Source: Escherichia coli | GTDB lineage: Bacteria > Pseudomonadota > Gammaproteobacteria > Enterobacterales > Enterobacteriaceae | Assembly (NCBI RefSeq): GCF_024502345.1 | Contig: NZ_JALDNN010000001.1 | Reading direction: 5' to 3' (one strand) | Length of the DNA stretch: 64,000 nt | Shown here: piece after piece, positions 54,203 to 64,000 of the stretch | Layout: the number at the start of each line of letters is the position of its first letter | Numbering within the stretch: position 1 is the first letter of the stretch | Program-made: the position numbers and the translations under genes | Notes under the pieces: generated by a model | What the model was told of the DNA's origin: nothing | Seen by the model: only the letters and a program-made list of their open reading frames with translations | The model's database searches: none

Positions 54203-54246
54203 CGTAGTAGTAGAAATGTGTTCCAGGGGAAACTCCTTTTCTGGGT

Positions 54247-55038
54247 TTAGCTGATTAACTGCTGGACAATTCGGCTGCCGAAGTAGGCCAGTGTCAGAAT
54301 GACTGCACCCGCAACGTTAAACCAGACGACGCGGCGTCCACGCCATCCTTCATGATAATGTCCCCACAGCAGCACAATATAGACAAACCACGCCACGATA
54401 GAGAGCACAGCCTTGTCGATATTTTCCATGCTAAATAAGTTGTGCATGTAGAACAGGCCAGTGCAAAGCGTGAGCGTTAGCAGCACCACGCCAATCTGCG
54501 TGATGTGGAACATTTTACGCTCGATACTCATCAATGGCGGCATTTCCTGGTTAAACGCCAGTTTCTTGTTCTTCAGTTGGTAATCAATCCACGCCAGTTG
54601 CAGCGCGTACAGGGCGGCGATAATTAGCGTGGCATAGGAAAAGAGCGATAAGCCAATGTGCACCAGCATCCCAGGCGTAGCTTCCAGATGGGTGATGTAT
54701 TCATTGGGCATGAAGGTTGCCAGCGCCAGGTTGATAAGCGCAAAGGCATAGACAATGGGTAGCAGCAACCAGCCACGATTGCGAGAAGCCACAATGGTCA
54801 TTACCGTACAGATCATCAAACTGACCAATGAACCAACGTTCAGCAGGCTGAGGTTTTGTCCGCTATCACCGTCGGGCAGGATGCGGGCTTCCAGAGCGAT
54901 TGCGTGGCAGACCAGCGCAATGACCGCAGAAATAATAGCCATGCGCCGCCAGCCGCCGTTTTTTTGCAGCAGACCGGGAACAATCAGCGCAAGACTGACG
55001 GAGTAGGCGACAAGCGCGAGCAGAGCAAAAACGGGCAT
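54247..55038 (-). CDS. ypjD: Inner membrane protein, cytochrome c assembly-like family
   Basis: Track ORF 288 aa; internal start MPVFALLALVAYS gives 263 aa. Confidence 0.85.
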   Translation of the reverse strand: MPVFALLALVAYSVSLALIVPGLLQKNGGWRRMAIISAVIALVCHAIALEARILPDGDSGQNLSLLNVGSLVSLMICTVMTIVASRNRGWLLLPIVYAFALINLALATFMPNEYITHLEATPGMLVHIGLSLFSYATLIIAALYALQLAWIDYQLKNKKLAFNQEMPPLMSIERKMFHITQIGVVLLTLTLCTGLFYMHNLFSMENIDKAVLSIVAWFVYIVLLWGHYHEGWRGRRVVWFNVAGAVILTLAYFGSRIVQQLIS

Positions 55039-55204
55039 AGTAATGTCGACAGTTTGAGCAATAAGAAAGAGAAGCAGTATAGCGTCAGGTGAACGCTGCT
55101 CCAACCGTTGCATAACAACAAAGACGCCTTCATGTTATACTGCGGCAAAATACTGATGATGTGTCGCGATTGCGGCCAACCGTTTCCACCCCAGGCGAGA
55201 GACA

Positions 55205-56566
55205 ATGTTTGATAATTTAACCGATCGTTTGTCGCGCACGCTGCGCAATATCAGTGGCCGTGGACGCCTCACTGAAGACAACGTAAAAGATACGCTGCGC
55301 GAAGTGCGCATGGCGCTGCTGGAGGCGGACGTCGCTCTGCCGGTAGTGCGTGAGTTTATCAATCGCGTAAAAGAGAAAGCGGTTGGTCATGAAGTTAATA
55401 AGAGCCTGACGCCGGGGCAGGAGTTCGTCAAAATCGTCCGTAACGAACTGGTTGCGGCGATGGGCGAAGAGAACCAGACCCTGAACCTGGCTGCGCAACC
55501 GCCTGCGGTCGTACTGATGGCGGGCCTGCAAGGTGCTGGTAAAACAACCAGCGTTGGTAAACTCGGTAAGTTCCTGCGCGAGAAGCACAAGAAGAAAGTG
55601 CTGGTGGTTTCTGCCGACGTTTATCGCCCGGCGGCAATCAAACAGCTTGAGACGCTGGCAGAGCAGGTGGGCGTTGATTTCTTCCCTTCTGATGTTGGTC
55701 AGAAGCCGGTAGATATCGTTAACGCGGCGCTGAAAGAAGCCAAACTGAAATTCTACGACGTGCTGCTGGTGGATACCGCTGGTCGTCTGCACGTTGACGA
55801 AGCGATGATGGACGAGATCAAACAAGTCCATGCGTCGATTAACCCGGTTGAAACCCTGTTTGTGGTTGACGCCATGACCGGTCAGGATGCGGCCAATACG
55901 GCAAAAGCATTCAATGAAGCGTTACCGCTTACCGGCGTAGTGTTGACCAAAGTGGACGGCGATGCCCGCGGCGGTGCGGCGCTCTCTATTCGTCACATCA
56001 CTGGCAAACCGATCAAGTTCCTCGGTGTTGGCGAGAAAACTGAGGCGCTGGAGCCGTTCCATCCGGACCGCATTGCGTCGCGTATTCTCGGCATGGGCGA
56101 CGTACTGTCGCTGATCGAAGATATCGAAAGCAAAGTTGACCGCGCGCAGGCAGAGAAATTAGCCAGCAAGCTAAAAAAAGGCGACGGCTTCGATCTCAAC
56201 GACTTTCTTGAGCAGCTGCGCCAGATGAAAAATATGGGCGGCATGGCTAGCCTGATGGGCAAGCTGCCGGGCATGGGGCAGATCCCGGATAACGTCAAGT
56301 CGCAGATGGACGATAAAGTGCTGGTGCGTATGGAAGCCATCATCAACTCGATGACGATGAAAGAACGCGCTAAGCCAGAAATCATCAAAGGTTCGCGTAA
56401 ACGCCGTATTGCTGCCGGTTGCGGTATGCAGGTGCAGGACGTTAACCGTCTTCTGAAACAGTTCGACGACATGCAGCGCATGATGAAGAAAATGAAGAAG
56501 GGCGGAATGGCGAAGATGATGAGAAGCATGAAAGGGATGATGCCACCGGGATTTCCTGGTCGCTAA
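55205..56566 (+). CDS. ffh: Signal recognition particle protein Ffh
   Basis: 453 aa; GTPase motif GLQGAGKTT; Met-rich C-terminus. Confidence 0.97.
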   Translation: MFDNLTDRLSRTLRNISGRGRLTEDNVKDTLREVRMALLEADVALPVVREFINRVKEKAVGHEVNKSLTPGQEFVKIVRNELVAAMGEENQTLNLAAQPPAVVLMAGLQGAGKTTSVGKLGKFLREKHKKKVLVVSADVYRPAAIKQLETLAEQVGVDFFPSDVGQKPVDIVNAALKEAKLKFYDVLLVDTAGRLHVDEAMMDEIKQVHASINPVETLFVVDAMTGQDAANTAKAFNEALPLTGVVLTKVDGDARGGAALSIRHITGKPIKFLGVGEKTEALEPFHPDRIASRILGMGDVLSLIEDIESKVDRAQAEKLASKLKKGDGFDLNDFLEQLRQMKNMGGMASLMGKLPGMGQIPDNVKSQMDDKVLVRMEAIINSMTMKERAKPEIIKGSRKRRIAAGCGMQVQDVNRLLKQFDDMQRMMKKMKKGGMAKMMRSMKGMMPPGFPGR

Positions 56567-56624
56567 ATGACCTTATGCGACAGAGTTATTAACTGCTGAT
56601 TGCATTTTCTCCAGAAATCAGTAA

Positions 56625-56951
<327 letters not shown>

Positions 56952-56969
56952 TCTGTCACGGTGGTCATG

Positions 56970-57518
56970 ATGAGCAAACAACTCACCGCGCAAGCACCTG
57001 TTGATCCCATCGTTTTGGGAAAAATGGGTTCGTCTTACGGTATTCGTGGGTGGCTCAGAGTGTTTTCTTCCACCGAAGACGCCGAAAGCATTTTTGACTA
57101 TCAGCCCTGGTTTATCCAGAAGGCGGGTCAGTGGCAGCAAGTCCAGCTGGAAAGCTGGAAGCACCACAATCAGGACATGATCATCAAGCTGAAAGGCGTT
57201 GACGATCGTGATGCGGCGAACCTGCTGACGAATTGTGAAATTGTCGTGGATTCATCGCAGCTGCCTCAGCTTGAAGAGGGTGACTACTACTGGAAAGACC
57301 TGATGGGCTGCCAGGTAGTAACCACTGAAGGCTACGATCTCGGTAAAGTCGTCGATATGATGGAAACCGGATCTAATGACGTTCTCGTCATTAAGGCAAA
57401 CCTGAAAGATGCGTTTGGTATCAAGGAACGTCTCGTACCGTTCCTCGATGGGCAGGTTATCAAGAAAGTCGATCTCACTACTCGTTCAATCGAAGTAGAT
57501 TGGGATCCTGGTTTTTAA
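56970..57518 (+). CDS. rimM: 16S rRNA processing protein RimM
   Basis: Start at [20 protein letters not shown] gives 182 aa. Confidence 0.93.
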
Positions 57519-57548
57519 ACCACCGGATAAACGGTAAAAGACGGCGCT

Positions 57549-58316
57549 ATGTGGATTGGCATAATTAGCCTGTTTCCTGAAATGTTCCGCGCAATTACCG
57601 ATTACGGGGTAACTGGCCGGGCAGTTAAAAATGGCCTGCTGAGCATCCAGAGCTGGAGTCCTCGCGATTTCACGCATGACCGGCACCGTACCGTGGACGA
57701 TCGTCCTTACGGCGGCGGACCGGGGATGTTAATGATGGTGCAACCCTTGCGGGACGCCATTCATGCAGCAAAAGCCGCGGCGGGTGAAGGCGCAAAGGTG
57801 ATTTATCTTTCACCACAGGGACGCAAGCTTGATCAAGCGGGCGTCAGCGAACTGGCAACGAATCAAAAATTGATTCTGGTGTGCGGTCGCTACGAAGGTA
57901 TAGATGAGCGCGTGATCCAAACCGAAATTGACGAAGAATGGTCAATCGGCGATTACGTTCTCAGTGGTGGTGAGTTACCAGCAATGACGCTGATTGACTC
58001 CGTTTCCCGGTTTATTCCGGGAGTACTGGGACATGAAGCCTCGGCAACGGAAGATTCCTTTGCTGAAGGATTGCTGGATTGCCCGCACTATACGCGGCCT
58101 GAGGTGTTAGAAGGGATGGAAGTTCCGCCAGTGTTACTGTCGGGCAACCATGCCGAGATACGTCGCTGGCGTTTGAAACAGTCGCTGGGCCGTACCTGGC
58201 TTAGAAGACCTGAACTTCTGGAAAACCTGGCTCTGACTGAAGAGCAAGCAAGGTTGCTGGCGGAGTTCAAAACGGAACACGCACAACAGCAACATAAACA
58301 TGATGGGATGGCGTAA
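57549..58316 (+). CDS. trmD: tRNA (guanine37-N1)-methyltransferase
   Basis: 255 aa [32 protein letters not shown]... Confidence 0.96.
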
Positions 58317-58354
58317 GCCCCCGAGATATCAGTTTACCCAGGATAAGAGATTAA

Positions 58355-58705
<351 letters not shown>

Positions 58706-58734
58706 GATTTCGCTTAAGCGACATCCTGTTAAGA

Positions 58735-58764
58735 AGGGCTGGCCAATTGGCTGGCCCTTTTTTT
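58735..58764 (+). terminator. Rho-independent terminator after rplS
   Basis: Hairpin GGGCTGGCC-AATT-GGCTGGCCC followed by TTTTTTT. Confidence 0.7.
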
Positions 58765-58781
58765 ATCTGTTTGCTCGTGTT

Positions 58782-59264
58782 TTAAGGGGTAGTAATCACC
58801 ACTGCTACGCGGCGGTTCTCGGCGCGGCCCTGGGCGGTCTTGTTACTGGCTATGGGATATTTTTTTCCTAAACCCTGTGTGGTGAGATTGCTGCGTGGAA
58901 TTTGTCCACCCATAGCCCATGCATCGGCCACGACATTCGCCCGTTTCAATGATAAGCCTTCGTTGTAACTGTCTTCACCATAGTTATCGGTGTGTCCATC
59001 CATACGGGCATGTGTTAGCCCTGTCGAGGCCAATTTGGCTGCCATGGTTTGGATCTGTTGCTGGCTTTCCGGGAGCAATTTGTAGTCATTTTTTGCGAAC
59101 AGAATGGCATCTGATAAGCCCAGCGACCAGTCGCCGGCGGATTCAGTAAATCCATAAGATTGCATAGCGGCGACTTGCTCAGGAGTAAACTTTCCCTGAG
59201 GGGACTGGCAGCCAGTCAGTATTAGTGAGGTGAAAATCAGGGGTGCTACCAGGTGCTTTATCAT
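58782..59264 (-). CDS. yfiB: OmpA-family outer membrane lipoprotein YfiB
   Basis: 160 aa; lipobox LTGC; OmpA-like C-terminal domain. Confidence 0.93.
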   Translation of the reverse strand: MIKHLVAPLIFTSLILTGCQSPQGKFTPEQVAAMQSYGFTESAGDWSLGLSDAILFAKNDYKLLPESQQQIQTMAAKLASTGLTHARMDGHTDNYGEDSYNEGLSLKRANVVADAWAMGGQIPRSNLTTQGLGKKYPIASNKTAQGRAENRRVAVVITTP

Positions 59265-59279
59265 ATCGATATATCCTTG

Positions 59280-60506
59280 TTATCTCACCAGCTTTTCGGC
59301 ACGCTGGTGTTTGGCCTGATACATATTGTGATCGGCAAGCTCTTGTAATTTTTCCGCAGAGGCGTGCGCAATGGTCATCGCGTAACCAATGCTTAATGTC
59401 ATAGTGGTCAGATGGCCATTATGAAGATCAAACGGGCGATTAAAGATTTGTGTCAGTGCTGAGCATATCTGCTGCACTTCAGATTCCGACTGTACATCAT
59501 AGAGCACCATAGCGAATTCATCGCCGCCCAGGCGGTATGCTTTATGTCGCAGCCCGCCAAATTCAGCTAACCGTTTTGCGATTTCAATCAAGACTCTATC
59601 GCCCGTCGCATGACCCCAGGTATCATTGATATATTTGAAATTATCGCCATCAAGAAATAGTAACGCCGACGTTTTTCGGGCATCGGAATTGTTCATCAAC
59701 GTATTGATGCCGCTACGAAACGCTGCGCGGTTAGCCAGCCCGGTTAATGGGTCATGTAGCGCGGTACGCAGAAGCTGCGCATTTTTGGCCTGTAAACGAA
59801 GCTGCCACTCTTCCATTTCATCCAGCAGACTGTTGAAGTCGAGAGCGAAGCGGTGAAACTCAGCGATACGTTCTTCCGAAACTCGTCGGGAAAAATTGCG
59901 GTTGGAACGCACATCATGTACGACATTGGTGATATTTTTCAGTGCTTCCACCAGGCCATTGTGCAAATGGCGGGTGAGGGTAATTGCGATGCCTGATGCC
60001 AGCAGAATACAACCGGTCAGTACGGCGAGCGAAAACCAGATAAAATGGCTGATTGAACTGTCGCGAGCGGTTAAGCGTACTTCGCCAATGGTTTCACCAT
60101 TGTGACGAATCGGCTGAATGATGGGGGCGGGGAAGAGCCAGTGGCTTATGAAATTGCTGAAAGTATCGCCTGGATCCTTACGGGTGTAATGCCAGGACGC
60201 CAGAATATTTTGCTGCTTATCACGTACTTCTGCAGTTGAAAATTGCCCTTGCTGGCCCAGCGCTGCCAGTGTTTCAGTTGCTGCAGGGCCATCGGCAAAA
60301 ACGACAGCTGCTTCCAGACTGTAAGTCATTGTTGCTGCTGTCAGTGCCAGGTTTTTTTGCGCGTACTGTTTCAGGGTCAGCACCGAGGTCACGGAAAGCA
60401 GCAACCAGATCAGCATCATAGTGATAAATATGCTGGTCATACTGATGTTGCGTAATGCTCTTTTAAACGTGGGGCGCTTATTAAGAGAATTATCGTTATC
60501 CATCAT
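59280..60506 (-). CDS. dgcN: Diguanylate cyclase DgcN (YfiN), HAMP-GGDEF
   Basis: 408 aa; GGDEF motif (RLGGDEF). Confidence 0.93.
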
Positions 60507-61014
60507 TTTTCTTCCGTGCGAGCATTAAGACATCCGGGTTGACCTTTACACCGCTACGCGATAAGGCATCCAGGTTTACGGCAAATCTGACGTCATTATT
60601 GTGGATGATCAGACAAAAGGCGCTACCAATAATGCACTCGGTATTTTGTTCGGCAATTAATAATAACGCCTTTGACGGATATTGTTCGGTTAATTCCATC
60701 TGGAATGTCGGTGACTCGTTGCCAAAATAAAAACCATTGCAGCCTGAAATCATCGCCTCTTGTTGAGTGTGAATGATGACAGGCAGATAAGGCAAAGATG
60801 TCGCGGCATTCTCTTGTAGGGCGGTACTAAAACGTGAAGATGAAAAGATACATAACTTTGGTGGCCCTGATAGCGCAGGCCAGCGGGTGTAACTGACAAT
60901 ACCGGAAACCATCATACGCACGTTTTTCGCAACGTCAGAAGGCTCCTGAGCGAGTATTGGTGCTCCCGTCAGCAGGAGAATCAGCAGTAAGAACAGTCGG
61001 TGAGAAAAACGCAT
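60496..61014 (-). CDS. yfiR: Periplasmic repressor of DgcN, YfiR
   Basis: 172 aa with signal peptide; overlaps dgcN start. Confidence 0.93.
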
Positions 61015-61163
61015 TCAGGGATCCCCACCATCTTCGCTCGAAATGCATCGATATTTTTTCAGAATGCTCATTAAAATATCATTATTTCATGCGGTCGTCA
61101 TCATTGTGAGAAATAAAACATAATGAGTAAAATCTTATGTTTAATTTATTTGTGGGGTTTTAA

Positions 61164-61529
61164 TTAATTTAATCGTATTGCGCTGGCATTTTCATCAGCC
61201 CCTTTTTGCCATACTTCATGCAGTTGGCTGGCATTTTCAACATTGTTGCAGCTGGCAGGAAAGCTTTTACCGGAAAGTCCTCGGGCATAAGTAAAATCGG
61301 TCTGGCAAGTTTTCTTTTGTCCTTCGGCATATCCTTTAAGGTATAGACCGCGATCCGCCTGTGAATCGCTAAATGCATCGTCATCTTTTATGGCGCTGCC
61401 CGATATCGCATCTTCCATACCAACATCATACCAGTCGGTGCTGGTCAAGGTTGGCGCGTGAGTATAAGGATCAATCTGGCATCCGCTAACCAGTAAAGCC
61501 AACAAGGGGGCGATAAACTTTTTCATCAT
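61164..61529 (-). CDS. yfiL: Lipoprotein YfiL
   Basis: Start at MMKKFIAPLLALLVSGCQ (lipobox VSGC) within the 134 aa track ORF. Confidence 0.8.
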   Translation of the reverse strand: MMKKFIAPLLALLVSGCQIDPYTHAPTLTSTDWYDVGMEDAISGSAIKDDDAFSDSQADRGLYLKGYAEGQKKTCQTDFTYARGLSGKSFPASCNNVENASQLHEVWQKGADENASAIRLN

Positions 61530-61574
61530 TTCTTTCTCCTTTTTCAAAGCATAGCGGATTGTTTTCAAAGGTGG

Positions 61575-61644
61575 TGTAAATTTATCTATACAGAATCAAG
61601 GGTTGAAAGCGCGAATAAATTGCTTATGTAAAGAAAAATGTACG
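61575..61644 (+). promoter_or_regulatory. aroF promoter region with TyrR boxes
   Basis: TGTAAATTTATCTATACA and TGTAAAGAAAAATGTACG match the TyrR-box pattern TGTAAA-N6-TTTACA to differing degrees. Confidence 0.6.
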
Positions 61645-61738
61645 AAATATGGATTGAAAACTTTACTTTATGTGTTATCGTTACGTCATCCTCGCTGAGG
61701 ATCAACTATCGCAAACGAGCATAAACAGGATCGCCATC

Positions 61739-62809
61739 ATGCAAAAAGACGCGCTGAATAACGTACATATTACCGACGAACAGGTTTTAATGACTCCGGC
61801 ACAACTGAAGGCCGCTTTTCCATTAAGCCTGCAACAAGAAGCCCAGATTGCTGACTCGCGTAAAACCATTTCAGATATTATCGCCGGGCGCGATCCTCGT
61901 CTGCTGGTAGTATGTGGTCCTTGTTCCATTCATGATCCGGAAACTGCTCTGGAATATGCTCGTCGATTTAAAGCCCTTGCCGCAGAGGTCAGCGATAGCC
62001 TCTATCTGGTAATGCGCGTCTATTTTGAAAAACCCCGTACCACTGTCGGCTGGAAAGGGTTAATTAACGATCCCCATATGGATGGCTCTTTTGATGTAGA
62101 AGCCGGGCTGCAGATCGCGCGTAAATTGCTGCTTGAGCTGGTGAATATGGGACTGCCACTGGCGACGGAAGCGTTAGATCCGAATAGCCCGCAATACCTG
62201 GGCGATCTGTTTAGCTGGTCAGCAATTGGTGCTCGTACAACGGAATCGCAAACTCACCGTGAAATGGCCTCCGGGCTTTCCATGCCGGTTGGTTTTAAAA
62301 ACGGCACCGACGGCAGTCTGGCAACAGCAATTAACGCTATGCGCGCCGCCGCCCAGCCGCACCGTTTTGTTGGCATTAACCAGGCAGGGCAGGTTGCGTT
62401 GCTACAAACTCAGGGGAATCCGGACGGGCATGTCATCCTGCGCGGTGGTAAAGCGCCGAACTATAGCCCTGCGGATGTTGCGCAATGTGAAAAAGAGATG
62501 GAACAGGCGGGACTGCGCCCGTCTCTGATGGTAGATTGCAGCCACGGTAATTCCAATAAAGATTATCGCCGTCAGCCTGCGGTGGCAGAATCCGTGGTTG
62601 CTCAAATCAAAGATGGCAATCGCTCAATTATTGGTCTGATGATCGAAAGTAATATCCACGAGGGCAATCAGTCTTCCGAGCAACCGCGCAGTGAAATGAA
62701 ATACGGTGTATCCGTAACCGATGCCTGCATTAGCTGGGAAATGACCGATGCCTTGCTGCGTGAAATTCATCAGGATCTGAACGGGCAGCTGACGGCTCGC
62801 GTGGCTTAA
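61739..62809 (+). CDS. aroF: DAHP synthase, Tyr-sensitive
   Basis: Start at [15 protein letters not shown] gives 356 aa. Confidence 0.95.
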   Translation: MQKDALNNVHITDEQVLMTPAQLKAAFPLSLQQEAQIADSRKTISDIIAGRDPRLLVVCGPCSIHDPETALEYARRFKALAAEVSDSLYLVMRVYFEKPRTTVGWKGLINDPHMDGSFDVEAGLQIARKLLLELVNMGLPLATEALDPNSPQYLGDLFSWSAIGARTTESQTHREMASGLSMPVGFKNGTDGSLATAINAMRAAAQPHRFVGINQAGQVALLQTQGNPDGHVILRGGKAPNYSPADVAQCEKEMEQAGLRPSLMVDCSHGNSNKDYRRQPAVAESVVAQIKDGNRSIIGLMIESNIHEGNQSSEQPRSEMKYGVSVTDACISWEMTDALLREIHQDLNGQLTARVA

Positions 62810-62819
62810 GAGGTTTATT

Positions 62820-63941
62820 ATGGTTGCTGAATTGACCGCATTACGCGATCAAATTGATGAAGTCGATAAAGCGCTGCTGAATTTATTAGCGAAGCGTCTG
62901 GAACTGGTTGCTGAAGTGGGCGAGGTGAAAAGCCGCTTTGGACTGCCTATTTATGTTCCGGAGCGAGAGGCATCTATGTTGGCCTCGCGTCGTGCAGAGG
63001 CGGAAGCTCTGGGTGTACCGCCAGATCTGATTGAGGATGTTTTGCGTCGGGTGATGCGTGAATCTTACTCCAGTGAAAACGACAAAGGATTTAAAACACT
63101 TTGTCCGTCACTGCGTCCGGTGGTTATCGTCGGCGGTGGCGGTCAGATGGGACGCCTGTTCGAGAAGATGCTGACACTATCGGGTTATCAGGTGCGGATT
63201 CTGGAGCAACATGACTGGGATCGAGCGGCTGATATTGTTGTCGATGCCGGAATGGTGATTGTTAGTGTGCCAATCCACGTTACTGAGCAAGTTATCGGCA
63301 AATTACCGCCTTTACCGAAAGATTGTATTCTGGTTGATCTGGCATCAGTGAAAAATGGACCGTTACAGGCCATGCTGGCGGCGCACGATGGCCCGGTACT
63401 GGGGTTGCACCCGATGTTCGGCCCGGACAGCGGTAGCCTGGCAAAGCAAGTTGTGGTCTGGTGTGATGGACGTAAGCCGGAAGCATACCAATGGTTTCTG
63501 GAGCAAATTCAGGTCTGGGGCGCTCGGTTGCATCGTATTAGCGCTGTCGAGCACGATCAGAATATGGCGTTTATTCAGGCTCTGCGCCACTTTGCTACTT
63601 TTGCTTACGGGCTGCACCTGGCAGAAGAAAATGTTCAGCTTGAGCAACTTCTGGCGCTCTCTTCGCCGATTTACCGCCTTGAGCTGGCGATGGTCGGGCG
63701 ACTGTTTGCTCAGGATCCGCAGCTTTATGCCGACATCATTATGTCGTCAGAGCGTAATCTGGCGTTAATCAAACGTTACTATAAGCGTTTCGGCGAGGCG
63801 ATTGAGTTGCTGGAGCAGGGCGATAAGCAGGCGTTTATTGACAGTTTCCGCAAGGTGGAGCACTGGTTCGGCGATTACGCACAGCGTTTTCAGAGTGAAA
63901 GCCGCGTGTTATTGCGTCAGGCGAATGACAATCGCCAGTAA
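62820..63941 (+). CDS. tyrA: Chorismate mutase / prephenate dehydrogenase (T-protein)
   Basis: 373 aa [33 protein letters not shown]... Confidence 0.96.
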   Translation: MVAELTALRDQIDEVDKALLNLLAKRLELVAEVGEVKSRFGLPIYVPEREASMLASRRAEAEALGVPPDLIEDVLRRVMRESYSSENDKGFKTLCPSLRPVVIVGGGGQMGRLFEKMLTLSGYQVRILEQHDWDRAADIVVDAGMVIVSVPIHVTEQVIGKLPPLPKDCILVDLASVKNGPLQAMLAAHDGPVLGLHPMFGPDSGSLAKQVVVWCDGRKPEAYQWFLEQIQVWGARLHRISAVEHDQNMAFIQALRHFATFAYGLHLAEENVQLEQLLALSSPIYRLELAMVGRLFAQDPQLYADIIMSSERNLALIKRYYKRFGEAIELLEQGDKQAFIDSFRKVEHWFGDYAQRFQSESRVLLRQANDNRQ

Positions 63942-63948
63942 TAATCCA

Positions 63949-63981
63949 GTGCCGGATGATTCACATCATCCGGCACCTTTT
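63949..63981. terminator. Rho-independent terminator after tyrA, probably bidirectional
   Basis: Perfect 12-bp stem GTGCCGGATGAT-TCAC-ATCATCCGGCAC followed by CTTTTCATC. Confidence 0.8.
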
Positions 63982-64000
63982 CATCAGGTTGGATCAACAG

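Overview
Enterobacterial (Escherichia coli-like) chromosomal segment, reverse-oriented relative to the usual K-12 map: emrA (partial) - mprA - ygaHZ - ygaY - proXWV - nrdFEIH - ygaM - ygaC - alaE - stpA - ygaP - ygaV - yqaE - kbp - csiR - gabPTD - lhgO - csiD, then a ~21.7 kb mosaic genomic island (about 25.3-47.0 kb) integrated at the 3' end of tmRNA (ssrA), followed by core genes smpB - ratAB - bamE - recN - nadK - grpE - yfjD - ypjD - ffh - rpsP - rimM - trmD - rplS - yfiBNR - yfiL - aroF - tyrA. All gene calls rest on reading the translated ORFs and on recalled protein families; no database search was run. The island has a P4/CP4-57-type integrase beside ssrA, an AlpA regulator, YfjJ-like and YfjP-like remnants, a complete IS3, one complete and one truncated IS903 in inverted orientation, IS256-family transposase debris, and several AT-rich orphan genes. 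The most interesting content is a tightly coupled three-gene operon (33727-39753): an MmeI/PglX-like N6-adenine methyltransferase with no recognisable PD-ExK nuclease motif, an SF2 DExH helicase, and a GIY-YIG-like (T5orf172-like) protein, followed by a Bro-N protein. I could not match this gene combination to a defense system I know (it lacks BREX PglZ/BrxC and DISARM DrmB/DrmC partners), so I treat it as a candidate undescribed RM-like/BREX-like system. Separately, nrdE is split by an IS2-like IS3-family element flanked by a 17-bp direct repeat.
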